Origin: Felis catus | Taxonomy: Eukaryota | NCBI RefSeq assembly: GCF_018350175.1 | Contig: NC_058368.1 | Span: 218,800,001-218,864,000 of the forward strand | DNA: 64,000 nucleotides | Direction: 5' to 3' | Shown here: positions 51,256 through 63,819 of the stretch, piece after piece | How positions within the stretch are numbered: position 1 is the first letter of the stretch | Layout of the letters: each line of letters starts with the position of its first letter | Notes under the pieces: generated by a model | What the model saw: only the letters and a program-made list of their open reading frames with translations | Told to the model about the DNA's origin: nothing | Databases searched by the model: none | Program-made: the position numbers and the translations under genes

Positions 51256-52935
51256 AATCCAAGATTTACTGCTTATAAAAGATTTTTTCCTACTTCAAAT
51301 GTAAAAAAGAGAATTTCATCTTATATACGATATTTCATTGAATGTGAATAAATTCAATAGTATGAGCTACTTTCTGTTGGCCAAAGATTTTTAGCTGATT
51401 GTCAGTATAGAGAAGATAATTTGAAAGAAGAATGAAAGAGGAATTAGTTGCCGGAGTAATTTACAACACAAAAAGAGAGTTGTTTTATTTCCATTAAGAG
51501 AGGAAAGTCTATTTTCCAAAATGTTTAGATCACGTGTGTTTTCTTGACCTGTGCAAATTTCTAATTCACAATAACAGGTATGTATCTGTGCTGTTGCACT
51601 CAAACCAATAGTCTGCAAACAAGAGTGTTGTTCATTTATTTATTTCAAGGTAGTAGGAAACTACTAATCTGACACACAAACTTCAGAATAATACTGCTGT
51701 ATATTTGTGTTATAATTACCCGATTGCCTCATTTCTTCCTTATGGAACCTGATGATATTAATCTACAAAATAAACCCGATTGAGTTTCTGAACCAATGCT
51801 GATGAACATGAACTCTAAATTAGGTTGCCTCTACCAGAAATTACTGGAAGGAAAGTGATATATTGGCCCAAGCCATAACTTAAGTAGGTAATTAACATAA
51901 AACTTGTTGAATGAAAGGGCATAAATCTACAAGCATATAAAGTTCTTTTGAGTATTTTATGGAACATTCATGGGTGCCCCCTAATGCTACCTCCAGAGTT
52001 GCTTAATCCGACTTCATTATGTTTTCTGGCTCCCTTTTTCCTACCTGAATTTACTATAGTGACATCTGTTCCTTGTTGATCTTGTTTTGGCTTCTGCATC
52101 TGGATTCACTCCTGGTACATGGTCACACATCCATAGTTTTCAGGAGGCTTAATTCCTGCTTTCTGGCATCAACCACTGCATTCATTCAGATCCTGAAATA
52201 AGTTCCCAACAGTGCTTCATTCTCCATCATTTCAAATGAGCTTACATCTATTCAGACAACCCATTCCAGTCAATTACCCAGTTATGCCCATGGAATCTAC
52301 CCCTGGTTGGCCCCATGGATTATAGCACATGCAAATCCTCTTCTAGTCAAAATCCATATTCAGAGTTCTGCTTTCACAACAGGACTGGAATTTTGCCCTA
52401 ACGACAGTTTGTATGGCTGAGACCTTAACACTCTCTCTACTTTTTGGCAGTTCTGTAGAAGATAGTTAATATATTACAGTGTCTCAAATCAACAGACTGG
52501 AACATCTAAACTATTTCTACCATAACCAATGCAAGGATTAAAATTAGACATCAACATTAACCCAGATCAATTCTGTAACAGTTTTGTGCATTGGGCATTC
52601 GACCCCTATCTCTCTTAACCATACCCCATTCCTACATACCTTAGAAAAAGACTGCAGTTAGATCATTCCATGCTTAGTACAAATCTACTCCCAATTAATC
52701 TATCATCAATTGAATAAAGCATTAAGTCACTGGTTTTTTTTTTTTTTCCTTTAGCAACATTTTCATTTAGCCTTTTCCTTTATGTCTTGTTCATCTTTGT
52801 TCTATTTTTCTTTCTTTTATTAAGCTCTGGAGGAAATATTTAAATGGAACAACATCACCAAAACCAAAACTTTTAGTCAACATGTATTCAAGTATTATTA
52901 TTTTTATATATAAGCATAATGAAACAGCTATTCTT

Positions 52936-53160
52936 TTTTTTTTTTTTTTCAACGTTTATTTATTTTTTGGGACAGAGAGAGACAGAGCATGAACGGGGGA
53001 GGGGCAGAGAGAGAGGGAGACACAGAATCGGAAACAGGCTCCAGGCTCCAGGCTCTGAGCCGTCAGCCCAGAGCCCGACGCGGGGCTCGAACTCACAGAC
53101 CGCGAGATCGTGGCCTGGCTGAAGTCGGACGCTTAACCGACTGCGCCACCCAGGCGCCCC
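52936..53160 (-). mobile_element. Very young felid SINE (SINEC_Fc type), antisense
   Basis: Nearly all CpGs intact, long pure T-run. TSD aaac(a/t)gctattctt at 52922-52935 and 53163-53176. Confidence 0.98.
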
Positions 53161-55745
53161 ATAAACTGCTATTCTTAAATAAAATGATGTATTTTTTTCC
53201 TTTCCAGTTTTGGGGATTTTTTTGAGGGTCAGGGAATTGATTTTTTTTTTTTTTACTTTATTGCTTTTTGAATTTTTATTTTAACTTCACTGCTGATGTC
53301 TGTGCTAGATTTAGAATAATCCAACAGCTCTGTTTTCTCAGTTGTTCCTTTCTTTTGGTATAGATTTCAACATAGTCTATGCTTTTAACCAACTTTCTTA
53401 TTAACTGTGTACGTTTATATTGGCAGTTGCCATTTTAGGCCCACATTTTTTAAATTGTTTCCACTTTTTCCCCCAAATAAGCATATTTTTACTGCCTCCA
53501 ATTGAATATATTGTCAAACTTATCATATATTATTCCCAGGAAGAGCCATTTTGTAAAATATTGAGAATGACCTCTTCTTTGTATGGAGGTCCTGAATCAC
53601 ATAAACCAGATATTGCTGAAATCTGAGCGATATGTAATTTCATTCTGCTCCCTTTGCTGTGAAATATAGAACCATTGGTGTCATGAAATCGAAGAAGGAT
53701 AAAAATGAAGGTCTTTACTGATAGAAGCATGTGCAGTTTATATTAGATTAAGAGGGATGGAAACAGATCTGTAGCTTTTGAAGTACATGAAAAACTACAG
53801 TTGCACCAAAGATACTGGCAGGTCAGGGGTGTAAATGGAAATAACTACTTTAGGGACAGACTGTTCAAGACCCATATTGAGAACCTGTGTGTCGCATATT
53901 TCCAGAAAATCAATTTATTTTCAGTAACTTGGGAGCGCTATGGTTTATGAAATATAGTTATAGTTCAACTGTCAGCACAAAGCAAGATTTCAAAGTGAAG
54001 TTCACCACTGTTGTTTTGTTCCTTTAGGAGAAAAACACACCAACTATTTTACTTTGCTATGCATTTTTCAGTTTTCTACCTAAATTCATTCAACAAGATG
54101 CCTTCGTAGATGTCTTCATTGCTTACAAATTAAAATAATTTGAACTTGTGTGAACAAGTTCAAATGATAGATGTGAGTTGTAAGTGAACTTGTCAAGCCA
54201 AATAAAATATTTAGACAAACTATGATAAAAACAATTTTTTTACTTGTCACTGATTAATAAGGTGAAGTAAGGCTCTGCCTACAGAACACATCTACCTGCA
54301 GATACCTTGCAGTAGTACTAAATAAGTACTAAGTTTCTATTTATATATTGATATACCCTCAAAATAAACTATAGTCAATTTACAGGTATTCTAAAATGTT
54401 TCCTTCAGCACTTTATGGTGCATAGTGGTAATGGGAAACATTTACCATGCCATATTAGTTATCATATTGAAAATATATTCAGCTCCAAGAATTATATATA
54501 GCCTTGTATGTTATTAATGATTACACAAATGTTAGTGTGTTATTAAATGAAATTGCTCTTCACTATTTAATCACCTTTCAATATGGGAAAATATTTTATA
54601 AAATACCTTGAATATGTGTAGAATGCTATTACTTACCATGTCTATCCAGTAAAACCCCTTTTGATTAATAATAGAATAAGGATTTGTATTTCACCTACCA
54701 GATGTCTGAAGAGTTTTCTTCCTTTCTTCCAATAACACTAATCAAAAGATCTTTCATTGACATACTGAGATCTAATGGTTTTGGTTTTCTTCCAGTATAT
54801 GGCACATTTATTTATCTAAACTTCTAGACCTCTGAGGAAATGAAAGTATGAATTAGTATATAGGAATGGTACTATAGAAGTACATGAACCTTCTGCGGCT
54901 CACTGAGTTCAGATTTTACCAATACTTTTCTTGTATATCTGTTCTGCCACAAGAAATTTCATTATTCTGTAGTAAGTAAAAAGCATATATTACCTGGAGG
55001 TAGAGGTAGAGAATATCTTTACAGAGTTAATAAATGCCTATAGTCATGCATTCAAAAACCTTTAATCTCTTCCTAAGCTCAGTCTAGGCCAGAAATTCAT
55101 CATTGTGTGTTCCATACCTACAATTTACATAAAGTATAAATGCTGCTATTTGGCCTTGACTGAACATAGAATTTGACAATAGGTTTAATAAAGAAAAAAG
55201 GAGAGAGTAAGAGGGCACAAGCATCTTGAGGATTGATGAAGAGAAGGGAGAACACCAAAGCCAAAAAGGAAAGGTTTGGGTAGAAAATATGTATTTTGAA
55301 TGCATCGTGTTTTTTGTAGTTGTTAATCCCCAGCAATTACTGTCTGGAAGTTCTTTTGAAAGTGTGTAATCTAGCATTGAATATAGGACCTAAGTGTGAG
55401 TTATGCTTACTTAGAGGACACATTAAATAAAATATCAAAGCAAATACAGTGCACATTTAACTTTTCAAAAAAGACAAGAAACTTGGCAAATTGTAAATGT
55501 CTTTCTTTGTCGGTGCCAGTAATATCTAAAGAGCCATTTCAAATTCAGTTAATGAAGGACATATGTGATGGGTGATAATTCTTTTCCTAGTGTCCCAGTT
55601 ATAAGATAGGAAGTTCTTCATAGAGTGCCTTGTAGACAGCACCCACTCTATTTTAGCTATGGGTAAATGAGTATTAATCATACAAAATGAGAGATCCATT
55701 GTATTACTTAGGAATTACGTCTTGTTTTCTGAAATTATACTATTT

Positions 55746-55796
55746 TTAAATGTTTATTTATTTTTGAGAGAGAGAGGGAGAGGGAGAGAGAGAGAG

Positions 55797-55838
<42 letters not shown>

Positions 55839-55969
55839 GGAGGGGCAGGGGAGAGGGAGACAAAGAATCTGAAGAAGGCTCCAGGCTCTGAGGTGTTAGC
55901 CCACAGACTGTGAGATCATGACCTGAGCTGAAGTTGGACACTTAACTGACTGAGTTACAGAGGTGCCCC
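55746..55969 (-). mobile_element. Can-SINE, antisense, with long (GA)n and an internal deletion
   Basis: TSD tgaa(a/t)tt(a/g)tactattt at 55730-55745 and 55970-55985. Confidence 0.94.
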
Positions 55970-56037
55970 TGAATTTGTACTATTTATAAATGTAAGAATT
56001 GTGTTAATCTTTTTCATATGTAAAGAGTAGATATCCT

Positions 56038-56264
56038 GGAGCACCTGGGTGGCTCAGTTGGTTGAGCTTCTGACTCTTGATTTCACCTCAGGTCATCATC
56101 TCCTGGTTTGTGAGATAGAGCCCCATTGTAAGGCTCTGAGCTGTCAGCACAGAGCCTGCTTGGGATTCTCTGTCTCCCTCTCTCTCTCTCTCTGCCCCTT
56201 CCCCACTTGTATACACGTACGCACACATGTGCGCTCTCTCTGTCTCAAAATAAATAAATAAATT
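56038..56264 (+). mobile_element. Can-SINE
   Basis: ggagcacctgggtggctcagttggttgagc head. Degenerate TSD taaagagtagatatcct / taaagaatagagttcct. Confidence 0.94.
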
Positions 56265-56549
56265 TAAAGAATAGAGTTCCTAAATGACACTTAAGTCAAA
56301 GGTGAGATGTGCCAACAACAATGAGCAATGTAACTGATATGTCACATATTGCCACATATTTTGTTTGTTTGTCCTACCAGTTAAAAATTATGCATGAAGA
56401 TAATTCTCCCACCTGCTCCCAATATCCTTCTATTCTAGGTTAGAATGAATAAATATAGTATCACCCAAGTTGAGAAGAGAGTCAAGAAAAAGTTACTAAA
56501 GCTTCAGCAGCAGAAATAAGATATGTAGACAAGCTGGCTCACATTAAGT

Positions 56550-57170
56550 AAAATGAAAAGAAATGACATGGTGATTTGAGATTTAAAAAGTAATCCTTTG
56601 CACTGTATGCAAAGGTTTGTCAAAGAGAGCATTCTGGGACAGACTGAAATGTCCTATAAATTTTTCATATATGAGAACAACTGAAGCAGAACATAAGTTC
56701 AATTAAAAAAATTAATAATGGGGTGCCATAATAATATAATTAGTTAATAAATAGATAAAGGGAAAACTAATGCCCAATGATTTTAGGCATTAATAAATAC
56801 ATTAATAGACAATAAAACTTGTTATAGAAGGAAAGCTTGAGGAAATTACAGTGAACATGGAAGGAAAAACAAAAAGATTAAAGAAGGTAGAAAATAATGA
56901 ACATGAGAGGTAGATAAATAATAGTTTAAGTCTTTGAAGTAGAAAATCCAAAAATTATATCCAACAAATACAAAGGGCAATATTTGGAGATAATAAATGA
57001 AATAATTCTGAAATTAAGGATGTTCTGAAAGTATCTATTAAAAAGGGTTACTATATCCCAAGGAAAAAAATTGAAACAAGTTTATTGACATTAATATACA
57101 CTGATTCAGATGTCATATCCAGAGCCAAATAATTCTTGATTTCCTAAATACATCAGTGAAGAATGCAAAC
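56550..57170 (+). mobile_element. Very old L1/HAL1-like ORF1 fossil
   Basis: A-rich sense strand, cttgaggaaattacagtgaac..caatatttggagataata..ttctgaaattaagg. Confidence 0.4.
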
Positions 57171-57461
57171 AAATAGGTAATTTGAAAACTACTGCCTTAA
57201 ATAAACAGTTATTGTAATTATGCATTTACAACAAATACAAGCATTTAGAAAAGTCATCAGGATCAGAAACAGCCTTCTTCTATCTTCCTGTTTTGCCATG
57301 TGCCTCTCATCTTGTGGATATAAGATATTGTACTACCACTGCATATGTCTCTTCTTATTTTCAGGCAGAAAGGGTGGGTTGGAAGAATTGAGAATAAAAA
57401 GCAAGGAAGACAAGCTCTTTTTTTTTTCCCTAGCAAGTTTTTGTCTTTTTTCAGGGGGGAC

Positions 57462-58046
57462 TGTGGTGGTTTTATAATGTGTTATTTTAGTGAACTGTAA
57501 CCAAAATTTTATTTTTCTGTATTTCCAATTTAGGATTAGCTACAAAAAATCTTCATGAGATTTAGCAGACAAAAATGAGGCAGTAGCCATCACACTCAAA
57601 GGTTACGGTTGGTTAAAGGGAATGAGGGGGTAACACAGTGGGAAAGTGGGTTTCAGTTTGCCCTTGCCTTTTCTTCTTTAACATCTATCTTCTTTATCAT
57701 TCAGTTTCCATCACTTCTAATCAAGTGCTGTTCCCACAGATCATCTGTGAACCCAAGCCTACCACCAAGAACTTTGTTTTAAATTCACAGAACCACAAAC
57801 TTTCCATAGCCATCAACATCAGACCCCTCTGCAACATCATTATAGCAGCTGGATGTGCCTTGCCTTCTTCAAGCTCCAACTTGTTCATCTGCACTGGAGC
57901 TAGTTAGTGACATTTCTCTGATTACTTCTGAACAGTTAATTCCCCAGTTCTTCCAACATTATGTGCTATCTAGTTTCCATAGAGAATTTCTTGTGGCTTA
58001 CCACTCATAGAGTTTCTGCTTCCCTGATTGAGACCTAACAGATATA
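57462..58046 (+). mobile_element. ERVL LTR (MLT2-like)
   Basis: tgtggtggttttataatgtgt start; tttctgcttccctgattgagacctaacagatata end. Confidence 0.65.
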
Positions 58047-58189
58047 GAAGCACTGCATTGGCAGAACTATGCCATTTGAACACTACTGAGTACAATAGAA
58101 TAAGCAATGTGAGTAGTTTTAACTGGATACATTGATACTTCTTGCATAATTGGACAATTTTATTAAAGAAGGAACAGGACTGCTTCTGG

Positions 58190-58448
58190 TTAAGCAAATA
58201 AAAGCTTATGAATAAAGTAAAGAAGAGAGAGAAGCCAAAAAACAGACACCTAACTACAGAGAACAATCTGATGGTTACCAGAGGGGAGGTGGGTGGGTGG
58301 GAATGGGTGAAATAGGTGAAGGGGAGTAGGAGTGCTTTTGTCTTGATGAGCAATGAGTAAGATATGGAACTGTTGAATCACTGTGTTGTACACCTGAAAC
58401 TAATATTACACTGTGTGTTAGCTACACTAGGATTAAAAATTTTAAAAG
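58190..58448 (+). mobile_element. Carnivore L1 3'UTR fragment
   Basis: cagagaacaatctgatggttaccagaggggagg..ttgaatcactgtgttgtacacctgaaactaatattacactg. Confidence 0.88.
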
Positions 58449-58449
58449 C

Positions 58450-58950
58450 ATATATAACATTCCATCTCTTTGGCTAACAACATACATTCATATACTCCTC
58501 TTAACAGAGAAGACTCTTAGCCATCAACCAAGAGAGAAGCCCAATATCACACACAGTTACTACAGTGAGCTTGTGGATCAGACTTCTTGAATGATGCATT
58601 TCATTGTCCATTAATCCTGATGAGGCTCCTCATGACCTTAATAATTAAAATCATTAAAGACATGTTAAATGCTTATAACAAGCCTGCATACAATGGAGGA
58701 GAAAAAAATTAAGAACTGTAATTAAACTCCCAATCTGATAAAGAGAAAATATGAAACCAATAGCAACTGCTGGTCTATACCAAATCTGCTTATTAGGAAT
58801 TGGGAAGACTACGTACTGCTGTTACTGGAAGATGTTATTTGGTTAGTCAAGCATGCTGCCCCTAGTTCATTTCTCTAGGAAGATCTCCATGGCCCATTTT
58901 GTTTCAAATGTCATAGATCTGTCTTCCCTGAAAATCATTCATGGCCATTA
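58450..58950 (-). mobile_element. Probable MaLR internal-sequence fossil
   Basis: cctgatgaggctcctcatg..atacaatggagga..aaactcccaatc resembles antisense MLT1-int. Confidence 0.4.
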
Positions 58951-59662
58951 CCCATATTGCAGCTCAACCTCAGAATGATTATCCTTTTCTGGGACTATTA
59001 CAGTGTTTGTGCCTTAGCAAGTTAATTATGACCTATATTCCTTCTCTCTTTCTGTTCAGGCATCGATATCATGTGTTTTTTGTGTTCTTGTTTGCAAGGT
59101 GGCTGTTACATATCCAGAGATTGGGCCAGAATTCCAGGCAGGAAGAAGAACAACATCAAACTGAAAAAAAAAAAAAACACATAAAAGTAAAATGACAAAA
59201 TTGAAAGCACAAAACAGTTAACTTTTTATCACTGCTAATCATAGCATCAACAACACTTCTCCCATTAATATCAATATTGTCAATTCTGGATTAGGAATTT
59301 AGGTTGGGAGCCAAGAGGGAGACATTTCTTTCAGTGTTTTACCTTTTCATTTATGAAGAGCTGCATTACACAAAGCTTTTCATCACAACTGCATTGGTCA
59401 GAATTCTATCACACGGATACATTATTTTCATGGAAATGTGGACAAGTGAATGTTTATAGGTGGCCACATTGCCACGTAAACAAAATTGAGGCCCTATGAA
59501 TAAGACGATAGTGATTGATATCAGATGGCATCTACTAGAGTCAACCATTCTTGCCAAAATATTAGGTGAAGCAAATGCTTGAACCAGTTCTTCCAATCAC
59601 ATAGATACAAGCAAGGTTGGGGGAGAAAGGGAAGAGAGAGAGAGAGACTAAAATAAATTTTA

Positions 59663-59886
59663 TTTTATATTTTTAACTTTTTTTAACATTTTATTTATTT
59701 TTGAGACAGGGAGAGACAGAGCATGAACAGGGGAGGGTCAGAGAGAGGGAGACACAGAATCTGAAACAGGCTCCAGGCTCTGAGCGGTCAGCACAGAGCC
59801 GGACGCGGGGCTCGAACTCACGGACCGTGAGATCATGACCTGAGCCGAAGTCGGCCGCTTAACCGACTGAGCCACCCAGGCTCCCC
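59663..59886 (-). mobile_element. Young felid SINE, antisense
   Basis: Perfect 17-bp TSD gactaaaataaatttta at 59646-59662 and 59887-59903; CpGs retained. Confidence 0.98.
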
Positions 59887-60251
59887 GACTAAAATAAATT
59901 TTAAAAGCGTATCCTCATTAACCAGACTCCACAATGGCATTTGGTAGCTGATAATGTGTAACACTTGAGACTGTCTAATGTGGCTAAAAACAAGCTTTTT
60001 GTCCAAGGCTGGGGAGAAAAAGAGTTACCCTGATCAAAAGAGAATGAAAATGTATAGTGTTTATGAATTTAAAGCCTGAATTTGATAATTTGTTTGGAGA
60101 AGATTCCTACACTGAACCATAAAGAGAGGAACTGGTGAAAAGCCTGCATTTGCTTTCTAGCAGTTGGAAGTGACTACATTACTATCTTCAAAAAAATAGA
60201 GGAAAAATAATGTAATCATGGAAGACAAGAACTCACACAAAATTAGCAGAT

Positions 60252-60890
60252 TTCAAAGAAAATTGCACCAGTAAATTTAAATAGGCAAGGAAGACTTTAT
60301 TCAAGACCATTGCAACAGGGAAGAGGCCAGAACTCAGTTTGTGCTCAACTCTGTTTAAGCAAAGAGATGGGAAGGTTTTAAAGGCTGGGCTAGGGAAAAT
60401 CATAGGCCACTTATGTTTTGGTCCCACTCAAAGGAAATGTAACTTTTTTCATATCTTTATGACAGGAGATAACTTAATAACTTGGAACAACATATGGCAC
60501 GGAAGTTAGATTCCTATCCTCTTATAGAGACTGGGAGATATAGGCACTAACATTCTTTCTTTTTTTTTTTTAATGTTTTTATTTATTTTCGAAGGAGTGA
60601 GAGACACAGAGAATGAGCAGGGGAGGAACAGAGAGAGAGGGAGACATAGAATTCGAAGCAGGCTCCAGGCTCAGAGCTGTCAGCACAGAGCCGGATGCAA
60701 GGCTCGAACCCACGAACTGTGAGATCATGACCTGAGCCAAAGTCAGACGCTTAACCGACTGAGCTACCCAGGCTCCCCTAACATTCTTGATAATTACATT
60801 TCAAGGGGATAGCTCCCAGCTCCTTGAGAAAGACAATCCTGGCTTGCAAAACTGGCAACAGGCTTTTAAGGAGATTTATATCTCCAAGGG
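60252..60890 (-). mobile_element. ERV1-class LTR (MER67/MER31-like), split by a SINE
   Basis: gcaaggaagactttattcaagac (AATAAA on the minus strand)..gagactgggagata..ctcccagctccttgagaaagac..aaaactggcaa. Confidence 0.7.
60558..60778 (-). mobile_element. Can-SINE, antisense, inside the LTR
   Basis: TSD taacattctt at 60548-60557 and 60779-60788. Confidence 0.97.
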
Positions 60891-60946
60891 GTGGATACAA
60901 TCCCATTTGTTTATTTTTGCTTTTGTTAGTTATGCTTTTGATGTCT

Positions 60947-60947
<1 letters not shown>

Positions 60948-60993
<46 letters not shown>
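60948..60993. repeat. (ACT)15 trinucleotide microsatellite
   Basis: Perfect run; gives the poly-Leu in ORF 60787-61044. Confidence 0.98.
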
Positions 60994-61405
60994 AATAATT
61001 GCCAGACCAGGGACAAGGAACTTATCCCCTATGTTTTCTTCTAGGAGTTTAGTGGTTTCAGGCCTTACATTTAATTCTTGAATCCATTTTGAGTTAATTT
61101 TTGTGTATAGTGTTCAGTACGAGTGGAATTTCATCATTTTGCCTGTGGATATCCAATTTTCCCAATACCATTTATTGAAGAGACTAACCTTTTCCTATTG
61201 TATATTATTGTTGGTGCCCTTGTTAAAGATAAGTTGATCATATATGCAAGGGCTCATTTCTGGGTTCTCTATTATGTTCCATTGGTCTCTGTGTTTGTTT
61301 TTAATGCCAATACCATGCTGTTTTGATTGCTATGGCTTTGTGATATACTTTGGCTATTTGATGTCTTTTGTGCTTCCATACAAATTTTAAGACTTTTTTT
61401 CTGCG

Positions 61406-62244
61406 TGCTGGAGAGGATGTGGAGAAACAGGAACCCTCTTGCACTGTTGGTGGGAATGCAAATTGGTGCAGCCGCTCTGGAAAGCAGTGTGGAGGTTCCT
61501 CAGAAAATTAAAAATAGACCTACCCTATGACCCAGCAATAGCACTGCTAGGAATTTATCCAAGGGATACAGGAGTACTGATGCATAGGGCCACTTGTACC
61601 CCAATGTTCATAGCAGCACTCTCAACAATAGCCAAATTATGGAAAGAGCCTAAATGTCAATCAACTGATGAATGGATAAAGAAATTGTGGTTTATATACA
61701 CAATGGAATACTACGTGGCAATGAGAAAAAATGAAATATGGCCTTTTGTAGCAACGTGGATGGAACTGGAGAGTGTGATGCTAAGTGAAACAAGCCATAC
61801 AGAGAAAGACAGATACCATATGGTTTCACTCTTATGTGGATCCTGAGAAACTTAACAGGAACCCATGGGGGAGGGGAAGGAAAAAAAAAAAAAAGAGGTT
61901 AGAGTGGGAGAGAGCCAAAGCATAAGAGACTGTTAAAAACTGAGAACAAACTGAGGGTTGATGGGGGGTGGGAGGGAGGAGAGGGTGGGTGATGGGTATT
62001 GAGGAGGGCACCTTTTGGGATGAGCACTGGGTGTTGTATGGAAACCAATTTGTCAATAAATTTCATATATAAAAAAAATAAAAATAAAAATAAAAATAAA
62101 AATAAAAATAAAATAATTACTTAACGTTTTGCCCTTTGAGAGTTAGCATTATGTCCTGTGCCCATACTTTGGTAACTTGCATTTGTTCCATTGTTTACTT
62201 TGCTATTTTTCGTGTAAATATAATTTACTTTGAATACAAAAAAA
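61406..62244 (+). mobile_element. Young 5'-truncated felid L1 with a 3'-transduced segment
   Basis: Intact ORF2 C-terminal frame 61439-61846, 3'UTR, AATAAA at 62055, A-tail 62071-62116, non-L1 sequence 62117-62237, second A-run. TSD at 61389-61405 and 62245-62261. Confidence 0.95.
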
Positions 62245-62592
62245 AACACTTTTTTTCTGCGAAAATTGCTATTGGACTTTTGATAGATATTCCATTGAAT
62301 CTAAAAATGACTTTGAATTGTATAGATTGGGTTGTATTAATTCTTCAAATCCAGGGATATGGAATACCTTTCTATATACTTGTGTCTTCTTCAGTCTCTT
62401 CCCTTAGTACTTTGTAGTTGTCAGAGTAGAGATCTTTTGCTTCCTTGGTTAAATTTATTCCTAAGTATTTTATTGTTTTTGGTGTTATTATAACTAGGAT
62501 TCTTTAAAATTTAATTTTTTAGATATTTTATTGTTAGCGTATAGAAATTCAACTGATTTTTGTATGTCGATTTGGATATCTATTTCTATAAT

Positions 62593-63136
62593 GTAACAGT
62601 ATCCTCTGGATGGTCCTATCCTTCTAAGAATGTTGGGAAGTCAACCCCTTAATTTCAGGTGATGGACATAAAATTACCTAAGGCTCTGATATCAAAATCA
62701 ATTACTTTTTCTATTGATTATAGTAAGTATGACCCAGAATCTGACATATTCTGGGGGGCATATGTCATAAATGGAAGTTCTGTGAGTGTTCTAGGAATAT
62801 GTTCTTAGTCTTAAAAAGGATAGTCCCGATTCTCATTTAAGTTTGGTATGTTATCACTTAAGGGCATGGTCCTTGAAGCTGCCACAGTTATTTATTTACA
62901 GGGAAGGAATGCATAATACTAAACTCAGCCTCATGGAATGGAACATAGGTAACATAGCAAAAGATGAAACAAACCAGGACTCTTGTTGACAGCAATGACA
63001 CTGAATTAAGCAATCCTAGAAGTACCTTTCCCATGGGCTTCTTAATATTTGAGATAAAAAAAAAATGTTCTAGATGTTAAAGCCATCTCTGGGTGGGGTT
63101 TCTGTTGTATACTACCTGAAGAGCCCTAAGTAGTAC
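62593..63136 (+). mobile_element. Old MaLR LTR (MLT1J/K-like)
   Basis: tgaagctgccacag..ggcttcttaatatttgagataa..ttaaagcca..gggtttctgtt..ccctaagtagtaca. Confidence 0.6.
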
Positions 63137-63607
63137 AAAGAATCAGAATTTAAGTTCTCATAGACTGTACCCCACAAGCATTACTAAAGTTCTTCCTTTA
63201 ATAATAAAAGTAATAAAAAAATAAAGAAGGCAGTGAGAGCATTTTCAAAGGCAAGATAAAGCACATGCAAAAAAAAAATCTGTAATCACACATAATGATA
63301 ACCATTACTATTTCTAGTTGACTAGATTTAGGTAGCTTAAAATTTTGGTCTCTGACAGTTATTTGTTTGCATTTTATAGAATAAGTATATGGCATTTTTA
63401 AAAAATAATTTTTAAAAAAATAATAAAAAGCATCAATTGATCTATTATGAAGATGCATTATAAAAGTTGATGAGGATAAATCTGTTAAATTATAATGGTA
63501 CCTCACAGGTCGTATAAATTTCTGTGTACATCTTGGCCTCAGTATTTACCCTAGCCCCAAATTGTCAACTTTAATTAGTATTATCTTATCCTTTAAAAAT
63601 TTCTTTA

Positions 63608-63819
63608 GGGGCACCTGGGTGGCTCAGTCAGTTAAGCGTCCGACTTCGGCTCATGTCATTATCTCACAGTTCGTGGGTTCAAGCCCCGCGTCAGGCTCTG
63701 TGCTGACAGCCTGGAGCCTGGAGCCTCCTTCTGATTCTGTGTCTCCCCTCTCTCTGCCCCTCCCCTGCTCACACTCTGTCTCTCTCTGTCTCTCAAAAAT
63801 AAATAAATGTAAAAAAATT
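63608..63819 (+). mobile_element. Can-SINE
   Basis: TSD aaaaat(t/a)tcttta at 63595-63607 and 63820-63832. Confidence 0.97.

Larger units (their letters stand above)
60897..62585 (-). mobile_element. Old L1 (L1MA-type) ORF2 fragment, antisense, in two halves: 60897-61405 and 62262-62585
   Basis: ttccatacaaattttaagac...|aaaattgctattggacttttgatag continues colinearly across the young insertion. Confidence 0.88.

Noticed and set aside
293..63819. tRNA-like A-box/B-box sequences as tRNA genes
   Set aside because: They are the tRNA-derived heads of SINEs, followed by CT tracts and A-tails.
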